A stretch of 64,000 nucleotides of DNA from Bilabrum cf. latius. Taxonomy: Eukaryota. The notes beneath the pieces are model-generated. The model did not search any database. It was not told the DNA's origin and saw only the letters and a program-made list of their open reading frames with translations. The DNA is taken from positions 496,001 to 560,000 of the forward strand of contig OZ237762.1 in assembly GCA_965178125.1 (NCBI GenBank), written 5' to 3'. The position numbers and the translations under genes were made by a program. Within the stretch, counting starts at the first letter, position 1. The number at the start of each line of letters is the position of its first letter. Below, piece after piece: positions 1 to 11,818 of the stretch.

Positions 1-17
1 CTCTGATGGAACGTGGT

Positions 18-2631
18 TCAGTTCTGCATAGCACACGCAATGGCCGTGACCGTTGCCGCTACTACTGCAGCGGCACCCCCGATTGCTGCCCTCGCGCTTC
101 CGTCATCGTCGTCATCGTACGAGGTGTCGGGGAAGTCGTCCGACTCGCCCTCCGAGGCCGTGCCGCCTGCAGGCCGAGAGGGGTCCTCGAGCGCGCTGTC
201 CTTGTTCGCGGTCAGGAACGACTCGGTGGAGGCCAGGTCCAGAGTGCCATCGTTTGCCAGCGTGCCCACCTGGCCGGCAGCCGCCGCAGCCGCTCCGTCG
301 GACTCTAGCGTGAGCCGGAGCGTGAACGTGGCGGTGGTGCCGGAGGTCACCACTGCCGTCACGGCGCACTGGTCCTGGCGGGCGCCGATCTGGCGTGTCA
401 CGTCCTTGCAGATGCTGGTCTTGAGAGCCTCCTCATTGGCCCCTGCCACGAAGCCAGGCTTGATGTTGGTGAGGCGGACTTTGGCCACGCCCGGGGTGGT
501 GGCTGCGCAGGTGGAGGGGAAGTCCGATGCTTGCAGTGCACTGCATCGCCCCAGGATGCGTTCCTTGATCGCCGAGGCCGCGGGATTGAACGACTGGTGT
601 TGGTTCTGGTTCCCCGAGCCCATCGTACCGCGGATGGCAAGCTCAAAGAGAGTTCCGTCCCCGCAGCACCCAGACGCCTGCATGGCTGCTTCGATCGCGG
701 CTGAGCAGTTGGCTGAGCAGTTTGCGCTTGAGGCTTCAACCCCCCAGTTGAACAGGTCGGAGCCCTGCATGTGGTCGCCAGGGTGCCGGGGCGCGTTCAT
801 GCACGCCCTGAAGGCATCGTCCGCGTGCCGCATCATGAGGTGGATGCAGTAATCCTGACCCTGCTGCCCGCAGCCATACTGGATCCGAGTTGCATCGTGC
901 TCTCTGTTCCCCACTTGGTCCTGCCCGAACGCGATGAAGGAGCGGCCGCAGGGGCTGCAGTAAGCCTGGATCTGGGCGTCCGTAGGCCCGCCATCACCGT
1001 CATCGTCCCCATCGCCCTCGTCATCATCCCCGTCGTCAGACCCTCCGCCGAACAGGCCCTCGTCCGCGAGCTCCGGGAGGCAGTACTCCGTCCCCGCGCG
1101 CAAGCACACAAGGTCGAGGGCGTGCTGGATGTCCTCCACCAAGGAGCCATCGTCGCCAGAGTCGCCATCATCTGCCGAATCGTCGCCTGAGGGCAGGCTG
1201 CTTAGCAGGGAGTACAGCTGTGCGAACTTGCGCGAAAACTTACGGCCGCAGCTCTGGGCTCCCCCGCTGCAGACCGTGCTCGTGTACGTTCGCAGCTGCT
1301 GGGGGCTGACCGAACTGTCCCCGCCGATCGCCCCGAGCGTCTTCATGATGGTGTCTTGGCAGTACTCGCCGTTCTCAGCCTGGATGCACATTCTGCGATG
1401 AGGTGATGGTAGAGAAGGACACTGGGTGGCAGTGAGAGGTGCTCCAATCAGCCTCGTCTGCGCTGCCGGTCCGGTAGGCATCGCCGGCGAATCAAGTCCA
1501 CCAGCTGCGCTGCAGCGCAAACTGTGACAACGAGCCAATACATGCGACTACAGAATTAATCAACGATTGGAATGGGAGCCGAGCCGGCGGGCTAGTACTC
1601 ATCTCACGCGTCCATCCGCACAGCGAACATCAGCACCATCGGGCACACGCCCTGGCTGGCCTGCTCCGGCGTGATGGTAGTCTGCGCATCAGCAAGCTTA
1701 TCAGCACACGTTGATGAGCAAATCTGATTGAAATCGGGTCCATCGTTGCCGCCAGTGCCCTGGAGTCTGCGCTGCGGCTGAGGCTGGCCTGACCCTCCGC
1801 TGCTATCACCGGGCCCGTCGTCGCCACCCTCATCATCGTCGTCCGGTAGCACGCCATCGCAGTCGTTGTACGCGTCGGCAATAATATCACAGCATGGCAT
1901 GCTTGGGTCTTCGTCGCAGATTGCCCCAGGATCGTCGCCTTGCAGGGCGCGAGCTTCGAGGTCGGCAGGGAGACGCTGACCACCACCTTCGCTGCCAGTG
2001 AGGTGCGGCCCATAGCCAAGGCTCTTGTCCACCTGCGGTGGCAACATGAAGCAAGGGAATGCAATGATTTATCTTAAGTACAACCTCACGATAAGTTAGG
2101 CGCAAAACAAAGTCGATCCGGTCGAACACCGCTGCACATTCAAGTCTCAAGCTGCACGATCAGTTGCCATCAGCCGGCCATCATGTCAGCATGTCACAGC
2201 CACAACGGGACAAGCGAAGGCAGCGCTGCACCCCGCACACACTTTAGATCGAAAATAAATTGCTGAATTGTTATTCTTGAGTCCAACGGTATCGATCGCT
2301 GTGGGGATTGACATGGTGCTGCCAAGACGACGAGCACCAGATGCATCATGGAAGCCAAGCCGGCGGGTAGGAGTCCCAGCTTGGCAGACTGGACACACCA
2401 TCAGCACGTCAATGAAACTACCAAGTCACGAAATATCCAATATCGATATGATGCACTGTGCACTAATTCAAAGCCCGCTGGGATGAATAGAGAGCACCTG
2501 GTGAGTAGACTCACCAACGATCGTAGGTACATCAACTGCTTGTGTGCACTTGCGGCTGAGTAGGAGCCTGCAGTGCCGCTCGAAATAGACACTGCAGACA
2601 AAGCTGCGATGAACGCAGCAGTAGCTCGCAT
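18..2631 (-). CDS. Multi-exon secreted, Cys-rich surface protein with acidic linkers, probably GPI-anchored
   Basis: Signal-peptide-like start MRATAAFIAALSAVSISSG (ATG 2631). Plausible GT-AG introns join exons near 2520-2631, 2245-2400, 1609-2032 and 18-1394. Repeated Cys-rich modules and D-rich linkers. Hydrophobic C-terminus GSARAAIGGAAAVVAATVTAIACAMQN, then TGA. Exon boundaries are approximate. Confidence 0.6.
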
Positions 2632-3162
2632 CTGCACGTTTCTTCTCTTCGAGCTGGAGTTGTGAATGATCCACGTCTCGATCGAGAACGCTCCCACCTG
2701 ATCCTACAAACCGGAAGCCCGCTGTGCTGCAGCTGACTCCGGGGGGATCGTGCCCATACACGAGAACTTGCACACACAGCAGCAGGTCGAGCTTTTGATC
2801 CGAATAGACTGCATCTCTGGCAGGGAGAGGCAAGCGGGTACTCCAAAACTGCCTGTAGTACCTTCCCATGGGTTCAACAAGTTGCATAGCCTGCTGCCGT
2901 GGCCTACAGGGACTGCCAAGTATTCGAATTTAGAGCGAGATCGAATGGATCGCACGGCACATTCACAAAATAGTAGTAGCATGAATACTATTGGCAGGCT
3001 GTGATGGAGGCAAGGGGGGGGCTCGGAAGGCCGACAGCAAGGCCTGCCAGTGGATGCACAGTCCGCGTACCGCAGTGCCAACTAGCAAGCACGCTACCCG
3101 TGCTTGCAAAACAAAAATCTCCGATCCGATCCAGTTAAATAAATATTTGGCTTCAGTGTCAG

Positions 3163-4087
3163 TCAACCCGGTGCTGCATCTCTGCTAGCGCTTGCTGGAC
3201 CCGCTTCGCCCGGCGGTCGCGCATCGGCAGTCGATGCTCGCCCGATGGCAGCGGGCGGTGTCGAGGACTCCGCACTGTCAGACCCCACGTCTGTCTTGAT
3301 CTCGCCCACAGCTTGGCCATCACTATTAGTCTGTACATCAGCCCTGCCAGCTTTGGTCATAGACGTTGCGACCCTGGGTCGTTTTTGGCAATCCGGGATG
3401 GCTTCCTGCGGAGCACCGCTACTTGTGCGCGGTCGCCTTTCCTGCAGGAACTATCTGTACGCCTCCTGCTTTGCCGCAATAGCCCCCAGTCTATGAGCAG
3501 CTGCAACACCTGCTGGACTGTCAGCGATTCGCTCAGCCAAAACAGCCAGCGCTCGTTCTGCTGGATCTCCTGATGCAGGCAGGATGTCTGAATCAGGTTC
3601 CACCTGGACCTGGAAGGTGCCAGTCAATAGGGCTAGCTCTCTAACTGCATCTTCTTTGCTACCGATAAGGTCGTCAGCCATTCCTTCGGCGTATTCGGCT
3701 AGCCTCTCGATGTGTGTTGTACTGTTTTTCGAATCTTGCATGTCCCGCGGGGATTTGCCTGTACGCGCCGCAAAGGTTGTGCCGACGGTGCTGCGTATAC
3801 AAACGCCCGATTCGGAAATAGGAAAATGCCAGGTAGTCTTGGAAACTACGTCAACACCGGTGGAATCCTCGAGGTTGACAAATACCGGAACCTCTGTGTT
3901 GAATCACATGAAACACCCATTTTAGTGAGACAAAGCGAGTAAAATTGGACATGTTGACTATGATGTAAATAAGCGTAATCAGGCTATCCAAAATGCGTCG
4001 AGTACCAGGAGCGCCGGCGTTCCTTGGAAAGGGTACCGCATACCTCTCGGCTAGAGCAGCGAATGCCTCACCGGAGCCGGCGGCCAT
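3163..4087 (-). CDS. Hypothetical protein (one probable intron, one in-frame TAG)
   Basis: ORF pieces 3451-3741 and 3163-3360 are in frame across the TAG at 3451-3453. The frame stays open upstream to an AG near 3897. A phase-compatible donor follows MAAGSGEAF...AP. Ends in TGA. No recognisable domain. Confidence 0.35.
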
Positions 4088-4114
4088 CAGCGACGAAGCG
4101 TTTCAGCCTTGTTT

Positions 4115-5764
4115 TCAACTGGTCTCTGCCTCCTCATCTTCCCCTGCAGCAGGACTCCCGTTCCCGGCCCCACCTTTCGCTGCCCCGCCACCCCTGCCCC
4201 TGCCGCTGCCCCCGCCCCCGGACCCGTCGTTCAGGCCCAGGTCGATCAGCGAGGCCTCCACACCAAGAAGTTCCGCGTGCGCGGCGCCAGCCGCATGAGC
4301 GGCTCGCAGCTCGGCGTTGGCCTTCAGGGCCTCCTTCAGCCTCTTCATGTGGCTCGTCATCATGTCCTTCAGCTCCTGCGCGCCCTTGATGTCCACCTCC
4401 AACCTCTGCTTGCCGCCCACGCCACGGACCGTCAGACCCAGCCTTCCCTCCATCGGGGCCGACCACCCCGCGATGGATTTGTAGTCCCACGTGTTGATGC
4501 AGCGGTCCGGGTCCTCTGGGGCGAGAACGCTGACGTCAGTGGGACCCACGCGGAGAAGCAGCTCGTCGGGAACGGTAGAGGTAGCGTCTCGCACGACGGT
4601 CGCGGGGCGGGTGATGCTGATTTGTTCCCCGGCCTGCACGCATCGGAGGGCTCGCAGCCACGCCGCCTGCACTTGTTCCCCGGTCCTGCCTCCCTTGGCC
4701 CCGTCTAGCATGCCCCCATCCGCCTTGGCTGCAGGCTCTTCAACGGGCCACGCCAGGATGAAGGTGAAGCTCGGCTGACGGGGGTTGTCCTCGCTAGGCA
4801 CTCGGCTGTAGGGGTAATTCACGCTCTCGGGGTACAGAAGGAAGGTTCGCTCAGGGGTAACCACCTCTACGACCTTTCGCTGGACCCCGTTGACCTCCTG
4901 TCTCTCGTTTCCTATCCTGATTCCGTCCTTGTCCACCCTCCTAAGGTCGATGTGGCCCTTTAGATCCTCTGGGTTGGTCCCCTGCTTGGCGTAGTACAGC
5001 AGGAACGCCCCCTGGGGTACTCTGTAAAGGACCATGAACCTCCTCTTCCAGCTCGCACGAGTGAACAGCCCGGCCTCGCCCTGCTTCCAGCACCAGCCGA
5101 ACATGACCACGTGGCCCTTGACCGATACAGGCGGCATTCGGTACACCAGCTTCTTGATCGTGTCGTCGGATGTGTCGGCCAGGGAGGCGAGCACACCGGA
5201 ATGGTCGGCTGCGCCCGCTGTGCTCGCCCCGGAGGCAGCACCGCTGTCCTTGGGCGGCTCAGCGGCCGAGCCTGATCCCGCGCCAGAGCTAGCGCTAGAT
5301 GAAACACCCTCAGGTTTTTCCTTTGCAGGACTTCCGTCTCCTTCTTCCTTGCTTTCGTCGGCCACGGGCGAAGGCCCCTCCTTGCTATCGTCCTTTGCAC
5401 CGTCCTCAGAAGCGACCAGGCTGCCCTCAGCGGACGGGGCAGCCTTGCCGTCGTCATTACTGGATTTATCGGATTCTTCGGGAGCGTTCTACTCTTTTTC
5501 TTGGGAGCTATCGCCCTCTGGGTCTGCTTTGGATTCACCATCCGCAGCGCCACTGCCGCTCCCTTCTGTTGCTGTTTCATCTCCACCACCCTTTGAGGAT
5601 GTTGTCAATTTCGCGCCAGAGTCTGATTCATCCGCGCCAGCCCCAGATGCACCGCTTGCTGCGTCCCTAGCTGCCTCGCTGCTCTCCTTCGCGGGATCCG
5701 CCGCTCCAGGCTCGGGCCCGGGTGCATCCTCCGCCTTGGTTGGCTCAGCGTCGGTTGACGACAT
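4115..5764 (-). CDS. PH-domain protein with acidic disordered N-terminus and a second PH/PTB-like domain
   Basis: PH signature GWCWKQGEAGLFTRASWKRRFMVL...LKGHIDL...RTFLL. The N-terminal acidic ORF (ATG 5764) joins in frame through the TAG at 5489-5491 with unchanged composition. Ends in TGA. Confidence 0.75.
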
Positions 5765-6327
5765 ATTCTCAGAGAATGGATGCTCGATAATTGTTCCGAT
5801 TCGATGCAACGGTCGCCAGAGGGCAACGGATTTGGGTCAGTGTGGATCTCGACTGAGCAGTCGTGGTCGCACGTTTTCCGGTTGTAACCAAAAGATGAAG
5901 ATAAATAGAGTGCCAGGATCCAGCCCTTCGAAGATCCCGCCGTATTTCTACCCTTCGAGCGAATGGCAGCTGCAGCGGGATCTGGAGATGATGGAAAGGT
6001 GTCTTCTGCTGCTATCGGCGCCACCGGAGGCCCAACCGTGAAGCTGAGCAATGGCCTAGACATGCGTGAGCAATGCTACACGTGACGCGTTGCGAAGTAG
6101 TGCGGCCAGAGGACCGCAACCTCCTTATTTGTTTGATTGGCCGATTGAAATCGATTTTAGTTTGATGTTCTATTGTCGTTGGCAGGCATGTGAATGCGTC
6201 AGGAAAACACAACAGCACCGTATCACAGCATCTGCAACTGCGATGTCCTAGTTACCTTGTCATGCCAGTACTGTTTCAATACAAACCAAAGCGTCAGAAC
6301 TTTACTTATAAACACATGCTTTCGCAG

Positions 6328-7229
6328 CTATTCTGGGCTTCGGGACCTTCCGAGCAGAGCCTGGGGTTGTGGGGGAGTCCGTGAAGGAGGCCATCAAGCT
6401 GGGCGTGCGACACATTGATTGCGCTGCCATTTACGGCAACGAGAAGGAAATCGGAAGCGCCCTGCAGGATTTGTTCAAGGAAGGCGTCGTGAAGCGCGAG
6501 GACCTCTGGATCACGTCCAAGCTCTGGAACACGGACCACGACGAGGAGAACGTGAAGAAGGCGTGCGAGCAGACCATCGCCGACCTCCAGTGCGAGTACC
6601 TCGACCTTTACCTGGTCCATTTCCCGCTCGCATTCGAGCATACGGGGATCGGCTCCCCAGGTTTCAAGCTGGACGACGAGGGCAAGTGCAAGATGGCCCG
6701 CGTGCCTCTGCACGTGACGTGGGGTGCCATGGAGAAGCTCGTCGAGGGCAAGCTGGCGAGGTCCATCGGCATCTCCAACTACCCGTTCATCATGTTTGAG
6801 GATGCCATGGCATACGCCAAGATCAAGCCCGTGACCAACCAGATCGAGGCTCACCCCTATTTCGCGAACGACTGGTTTTGCTCGTGGTGCAAGAGGGAGG
6901 GCGTCCTCATCACGGCCCACACGCCGCTAGGAGGGGCCAAGGCCAACGCGGAGTGGCGAGGCGCGTCCGAGTCGCCGCTAGACGACCCGGTGATCAAGGG
7001 CATCGCCGAGAAGCACGGCAAGTCCGCGGCCCAAGTGTGCATCAGATGGGCCATCGACAGGGGCACAGTCGTCATCCCCAAGAGCACCAAGCCCCACCGC
7101 ATTAAGGAGAACTTTGACGTGCTTGATTTCAAGCTGAGCGAGGAGGAGGTGGCCGCCATCACGGGCCTCGACAAGAAGCAGAGGTCCAACAAGAGCGGTC
7201 GCGCGTGGGGCATCAAGTTCCAGGCCTAA
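6328..7229 (+). CDS. Aldo-keto reductase (main exon; short 5' exon(s) not resolved)
   Basis: Motifs ILGFGTF, RHIDCAAIYGNEKEIG, REDLWITSKLWN, DLYLVHFP, SIGISN, NQIEAHPY, IPKS. Acceptor ttcgcag ends at 6327. Ends ...WGIKFQA-TAA, which shows TAA acting as a stop. Confidence 0.93.
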
Positions 7230-7508
7230 TCCTAATCAAGTGCACTGCGGTTGCGACAGGTCTAGATGTATTCGAGATGGCAAGGAAGCTTGCACCTCGC
7301 GAGGAACGTATCACTTGGCAATGCGTGGATCGTATTGAAGTGCCTTGTGCCAGTTTCATGCACATTTTAGCGTCTACCAAGCGAAGCAGAATGTCACGGA
7401 GCACAGCGCCAAGCAAACCTCCAAATCGCACGCAACCTGCAACTCGTATCCGGATATAGCGTGGGCTCTGCAGGCCGATGCAAAGGCCACTAAGTACCAG
7501 TTCCATCG

Positions 7509-9131
7509 TTAAGTCCTATCCAGCGTCACCAGGACCAGCCCCCTGATCCCCAGCACCTCTTCCATCAAGGCCAGCCCTCCCTCCCCCTCCAGCAGCCGCA
7601 CCTGTTCCTCACCGAGTCCCTGCAGCAGGAACAGGGGAGAAAATAGCACCTTCCTGCGGGTCGCAGCTTGTTTCTGCTACTCAGTAGGGCTAGCAGTATC
7701 CTTGATGCTGACACGAGCGCAATCGGTGCTGCCCCTGGATGTGGACGACTGTTGGTGTGGAGGGCTCTGGATGCGGCCTGCTGCAGGTGGGGCGCTTGAC
7801 GGTGCTTTAGCTGGAACTAGCCCACCATGAGTGGGATTACGTGCTGCTTCCATCTCCAATCCGTTTGCTGATGCATTTCCAGCTTCGAACGATGCATCGG
7901 ACGGTGCCTGCCAGTGGATCGATGCCCATGCCTTGGCGTGGACCCGCCCGCGAGAGCCGGACGAGTTGGCATGCATCGCTGCACGGCTAACCGAGCTTTC
8001 AGCAGACAAAGCATCATTGCTAGACTTGTATTCTTTGCACGGCACCCGCATGGTGGATGCGTCACAGGTGATTGCCAGGACTCGTGAGGTTGTTCGCATC
8101 GGCGGCCTTCCTCCAGCGGTTGCTACTTCCGGCAGACGGATGGGCTGAATCTGCACCGCCAATTTATCCCCCCACGGTACGCATTGATGTGATATCGTCG
8201 CTTCAACCGAGGCTGCGCAGTCAATCTCACCGATAGATGCAAACTGTGTCGTACTGGATCCCATCGAGTAGCTACCGGTCAGATCGTGGCTGGCTGCGTC
8301 ACTATGCCCAGATTCAGTTGCAGCAAAACTCTTGAGTGTATCAACGGGTTCGGCTGACCGCTCTGTCGTTCTTGCTGGCGCGGGACGCATTGATTTCACG
8401 CCTGACGTTCCAACTGCAACTGCTGGCATACCTGTGCAGCCAGCGGGGGAGCTCGAAGCTACAGTGCCACATTGCATAGATTTAATCCCGCATTGTACTG
8501 ATCTTGTACTTGAGGTGGCTCTCTGCCATTCCAAAGCGGTGGGACCCTTGAACAGGCCCCTAGCTGTAGCAGACCTCTCTGCAAACCGCCCATTTTCGGC
8601 CCGAGAATCGCCATACATAATCGCATTGCGGGTCAGAGGGGCCTGTTCCTGCTACAAAACAATCTAGTGATGCGAGCTAGCGGCATGATGCTTTAAATTT
8701 TGAGCTTGGCCGACCTAAACACCTGATTCGCCGCACTCTCCGCGTTGCCGCAGCGCCTCGCTGTATCCTGCATTGCTCGTGCCAAACGAGCCGGCTATAA
8801 GGAGCTGTGGCTTAGCATCAAATACCGTGCTATATGCGATTACTTTTAGGTTGGTGCATGCATCGCTGAGACCACCAGTTGTGGCAGCCCCACCGCCAGC
8901 AGCCTAGGCCGGCCGATCTCCGCATGCTGGCACGCGGGATTGTTGCTGCGCCGTGTGCCACGGGGCCGCGTACAGGTTCCCTTGCAGCCAGAGTTCGAGT
9001 AAATTAGCGTCTTTTGGAGTTGGTTGGAAGAAGCAAGAGCTCTCGCTCGTGCGCGTGGCTCCAAGCACAACTGATCGGGCGATCGGCGCGGCATCACCTC
9101 GACTTGTCTTCTCCTCCCCAGCTCCCTGCAT
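7509..9131 (-). CDS. Unknown family member 1 (CFFQP...SPLF/EEVLG family), 540 aa with TAG read as sense
   Basis: N-motif VVLGATRTSESSCFFQPTPKDANLLELWLQGNL, mid-motif VIAYSTVFDAKP, C-motif SPLFLLQGLGEEQVRLLE...MEEVLGIRGLVLVTL. One frame, interrupted only by TAGs. Ends in TAA. Confidence 0.75.
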
Positions 9132-9413
9132 GCTCGATGCCCAAAACTATACAATCCAAAGAGCTTAATTTGAATCAAACTGACAAGGTATCCGCTTTTA
9201 AAAGTGAGATGGACCGCTTCTGAAGCAAGGATGGTGAAGAATTTGCGGGCATGTCGATCCGATACATCAAGCAAAACCCGGAAGAGGGAGAGGCACAGCC
9301 ACTGGCAAGCCGCAAGTAGCGCGGTGACGCGTCACATCCCATTCGGTACGCCACCAACCCTGCTGCGCCTGCTAGCAACAATGCGAATCAAGTATCGCAT
9401 GGTCGCATACCTC

Positions 9414-11000
9414 TTAGGAGCGTCCAGACCCGTCCAGCGTCACCAGGACCAGCCCCCTGATCCCCAGCACCTCTTCCATCAAGGCCAGCCCTCCCTCCCC
9501 CTCCAGCAGCCGCACCTGTTCCTCACCGAGTCCCTGCAGCAGGAACAGGGGAAATGCCCTGACGAGGAACAGTTCATGTTTCTGCGTTTTCTCTTCGTGC
9601 CTTGTGCCGGCAGCAGCGTGGGCAGGCACCAAGTCGTGCACCTCACAGTCTCCCACGGTGTCTCGCCATGGGGTGGTTGCTGCTGCTCTGGACCCGGCAT
9701 GCTAGCCACACCAGCCAGCTCGCCCGGCTCCAGCTGCGCCCAGCGGGCCCAGTGAAGTGATGCAGCGTGCTAGCACTTCTGCCTTTGGAAAGGAAACGCA
9801 CGGATCGAGCAGGAGCTCAAACCCCGGCATTGCATCCACACTTCCTGGGTGTGTGCTGGGCTAGGAAGCTGCTGTTCCAATGTAGCGAGCCGATCCAGAG
9901 CTCGTCGAGGAGCTGGTCGACAGTGCGACAGGTTCATGTGAAAACGAGCGAGTTGTGCCCTGGCTGTCGATTGCCTCTTCACTTGCAGCCCCACCTGTTG
10001 AGGCGCGCGGAATCGGATCGAGCGGTGCGCTTCTTCTGCCTGCGCTGCAATGCGAAGATTCTCCCGCTGGAACTTTGAGCTCTTCCTGGCTAAAGCCAGA
10101 ATCTGGCAGTATCATGGTGGCCAGTGCCTCCGCTTGCTCTGAGCTCGAAGGGCACGATGGGGGCGAGCAGCCTGCGCCACGCGGAGGTGGTGGCCTGGAC
10201 CGGCGCACGGCTCTGCAGCCCGACAACCAGACGGCCTGCCCGACAGTTCGGACGCTGCTCTTTTTCAGCGATGAACGCAATGCGTTGACGTCGTTGTGCA
10301 ACATGCTCCCGTTGAGAGGTTCGTATGGAGTGCTGGTTCCTGGTATGGCGCGGCTGGCCGGCCACGGCTTCTCTCCGTGCAGCTTGCCGCGCGCATCCTC
10401 CATGTGTGCAGGGGGTGACGTACCCGCTTGCTCGCCCACGGAAGGTATGTGGCGGGAGACCGGAGCACGGTTTGCGTCAAAGTCACTCGCAAAAGCGCCG
10501 TATGAACAAGCCTCCTACGCTTTGAGCGCACCGGGTGGCTCGGCGGGTCTGCCTGCATCCAGCCGGTGCCCGTCCGTCTGACTGCTGTGCCTCGTCCAGC
10601 TTTCGCGGGCTTTCGCGGGGATGCCAGTCACAGCGATGGTCCATGGCTTCGATTCGATCTCGGCTGCGTAAGAAAGTGCCCGAACGCGACCACGGCCGCT
10701 CTCTCCGGTGACTTCGGCAGCTCGCTCGACCGGAGCAGGGGTGCTAACGCCGCTCGAGTCTGCGCCTGCCGCGTGGCTTGGAGCACCAAAGGCACGAAGC
10801 TTCAAAGCCTTCCACGCACGAGGGTTAAGATTATCATTCATCCACCGCTAGAGAACGTTTGCGTCCCCGGAGGTAGGCTGAAAGAAACACTAGCTTTCTC
10901 GAGTTCGTACGGCCGCGAAAACAACAGCAGATTCGCGCTCGTCACCAAGATCCAAGCGATTTCCAGCCGAGCTGCGGCTGTCTGGCGCCTCCATTATCAT
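9414..11000 (-). CDS. Unknown family member 2
   Basis: VVFAAVRTRES*CFFQPTSGDANVL*RWMNDNLN, then ALSYAAEIESKPW, then FPLFLLQGLGEEQVRLLE...MEEVLGIRGLVLVTL. Single frame with TAGs only. Ends in TAA. Confidence 0.75.
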
Positions 11001-11723
11001 TTGAATGGCCCACCACGCCTCAGATGAGCCGTCTTGTTGCAACAGGGACGAACAGAATGGTTTCAGCCACGTCACCACGGGGCATACGTGTCCAGCAATG
11101 GCTGAGGCTACGTCCAGTATATTGCAGCAGCGCACACGTTACAGACCCGCACGCTACCATACCCGTAAATCGTGGCTATATATTGTGGTGGTTCGGGTTC
11201 GTCGCCACGCGGATGCAAGCTGGAGTGCCAGTGCAGCCAGTTGACACACAGTGCACTGGCAGTCTGTAGACTTGAGTGCCTCAAGCACACCAGCAAGAAC
11301 GTAAATCTGATATCAATTTCAGCATGCAATACCATCGCTCCGGTCCAGCGAAACCAGAACCAAGCCCGTCATCCCAAGCACCTGCTCGAGGATGCCCAGC
11401 CCGCCATTGCCCTCAAGCAGCTCCAACTGCCTCTAACTTAGGCCCTCCAAAAAGAATAGGGGTGAGACCTTGACTTCAAGCTATTCATCACCACCGTGTC
11501 CGCCGAAAGCATCCTCTGGGGCGGCCGAGCGACACTTCGAATCCGTCGGCCCCTCCCCGGGCCGTTTCGACCACCGGGAGGATCCATGCATAACTGCGCC
11601 ACCAGAGCGCCCGTTATCGCCAAGATTCGATGAGGAGCGCAGACTCGATTTGAGAGCCAATCTGTAGCCTGCCGATAAATCGCTGCTCCTGGTTGAGGCC
11701 ACATTCTTCGTCGTCGATTTGAG
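10843..11723 (+). repeat. ~880-bp direct repeat, left copy (right copy 21181-22067)
   Basis: Near-identical sequence starting caccgctagagaacgtttgcgtcc at 10843 and 21181. It contains the 5' end of family member 2, the intergenic region and the 3' end of member 3. Confidence 0.92.
11319..11723 (-). pseudogene. Duplicated 3' fragment of family member 3
   Basis: Encodes the C-terminal SPLFFLEGLS...LEQVLGMTGLVLVSL motif but has no N-terminal part. It abuts the ALAS-like sequence. Confidence 0.7.
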
Positions 11724-11818
11724 AGTCGATCCGCGGCGGCGGGGGCTTTACTTCTGCTGCCGGGGAGCATGGGCCGCATGTCGGGCAAGGGGAGGGAATA
11801 CAGCAAGGAGGCGCGTTA

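Noticed and set aside
5034-6041. Long antisense ORFs (also 13-852, 36526-37566, 49612-50370 and others)
   Set aside because: They are shadows of GC-rich genes on the opposite strand with no independent motifs.
7227-7229. TAA also reassigned (ciliate-type TAR=Gln)
   Set aside because: TAA ends the aldo-keto reductase and family members 1 and 2 at the expected C-termini, and I found no in-frame TAA inside any intact reconstructed gene.
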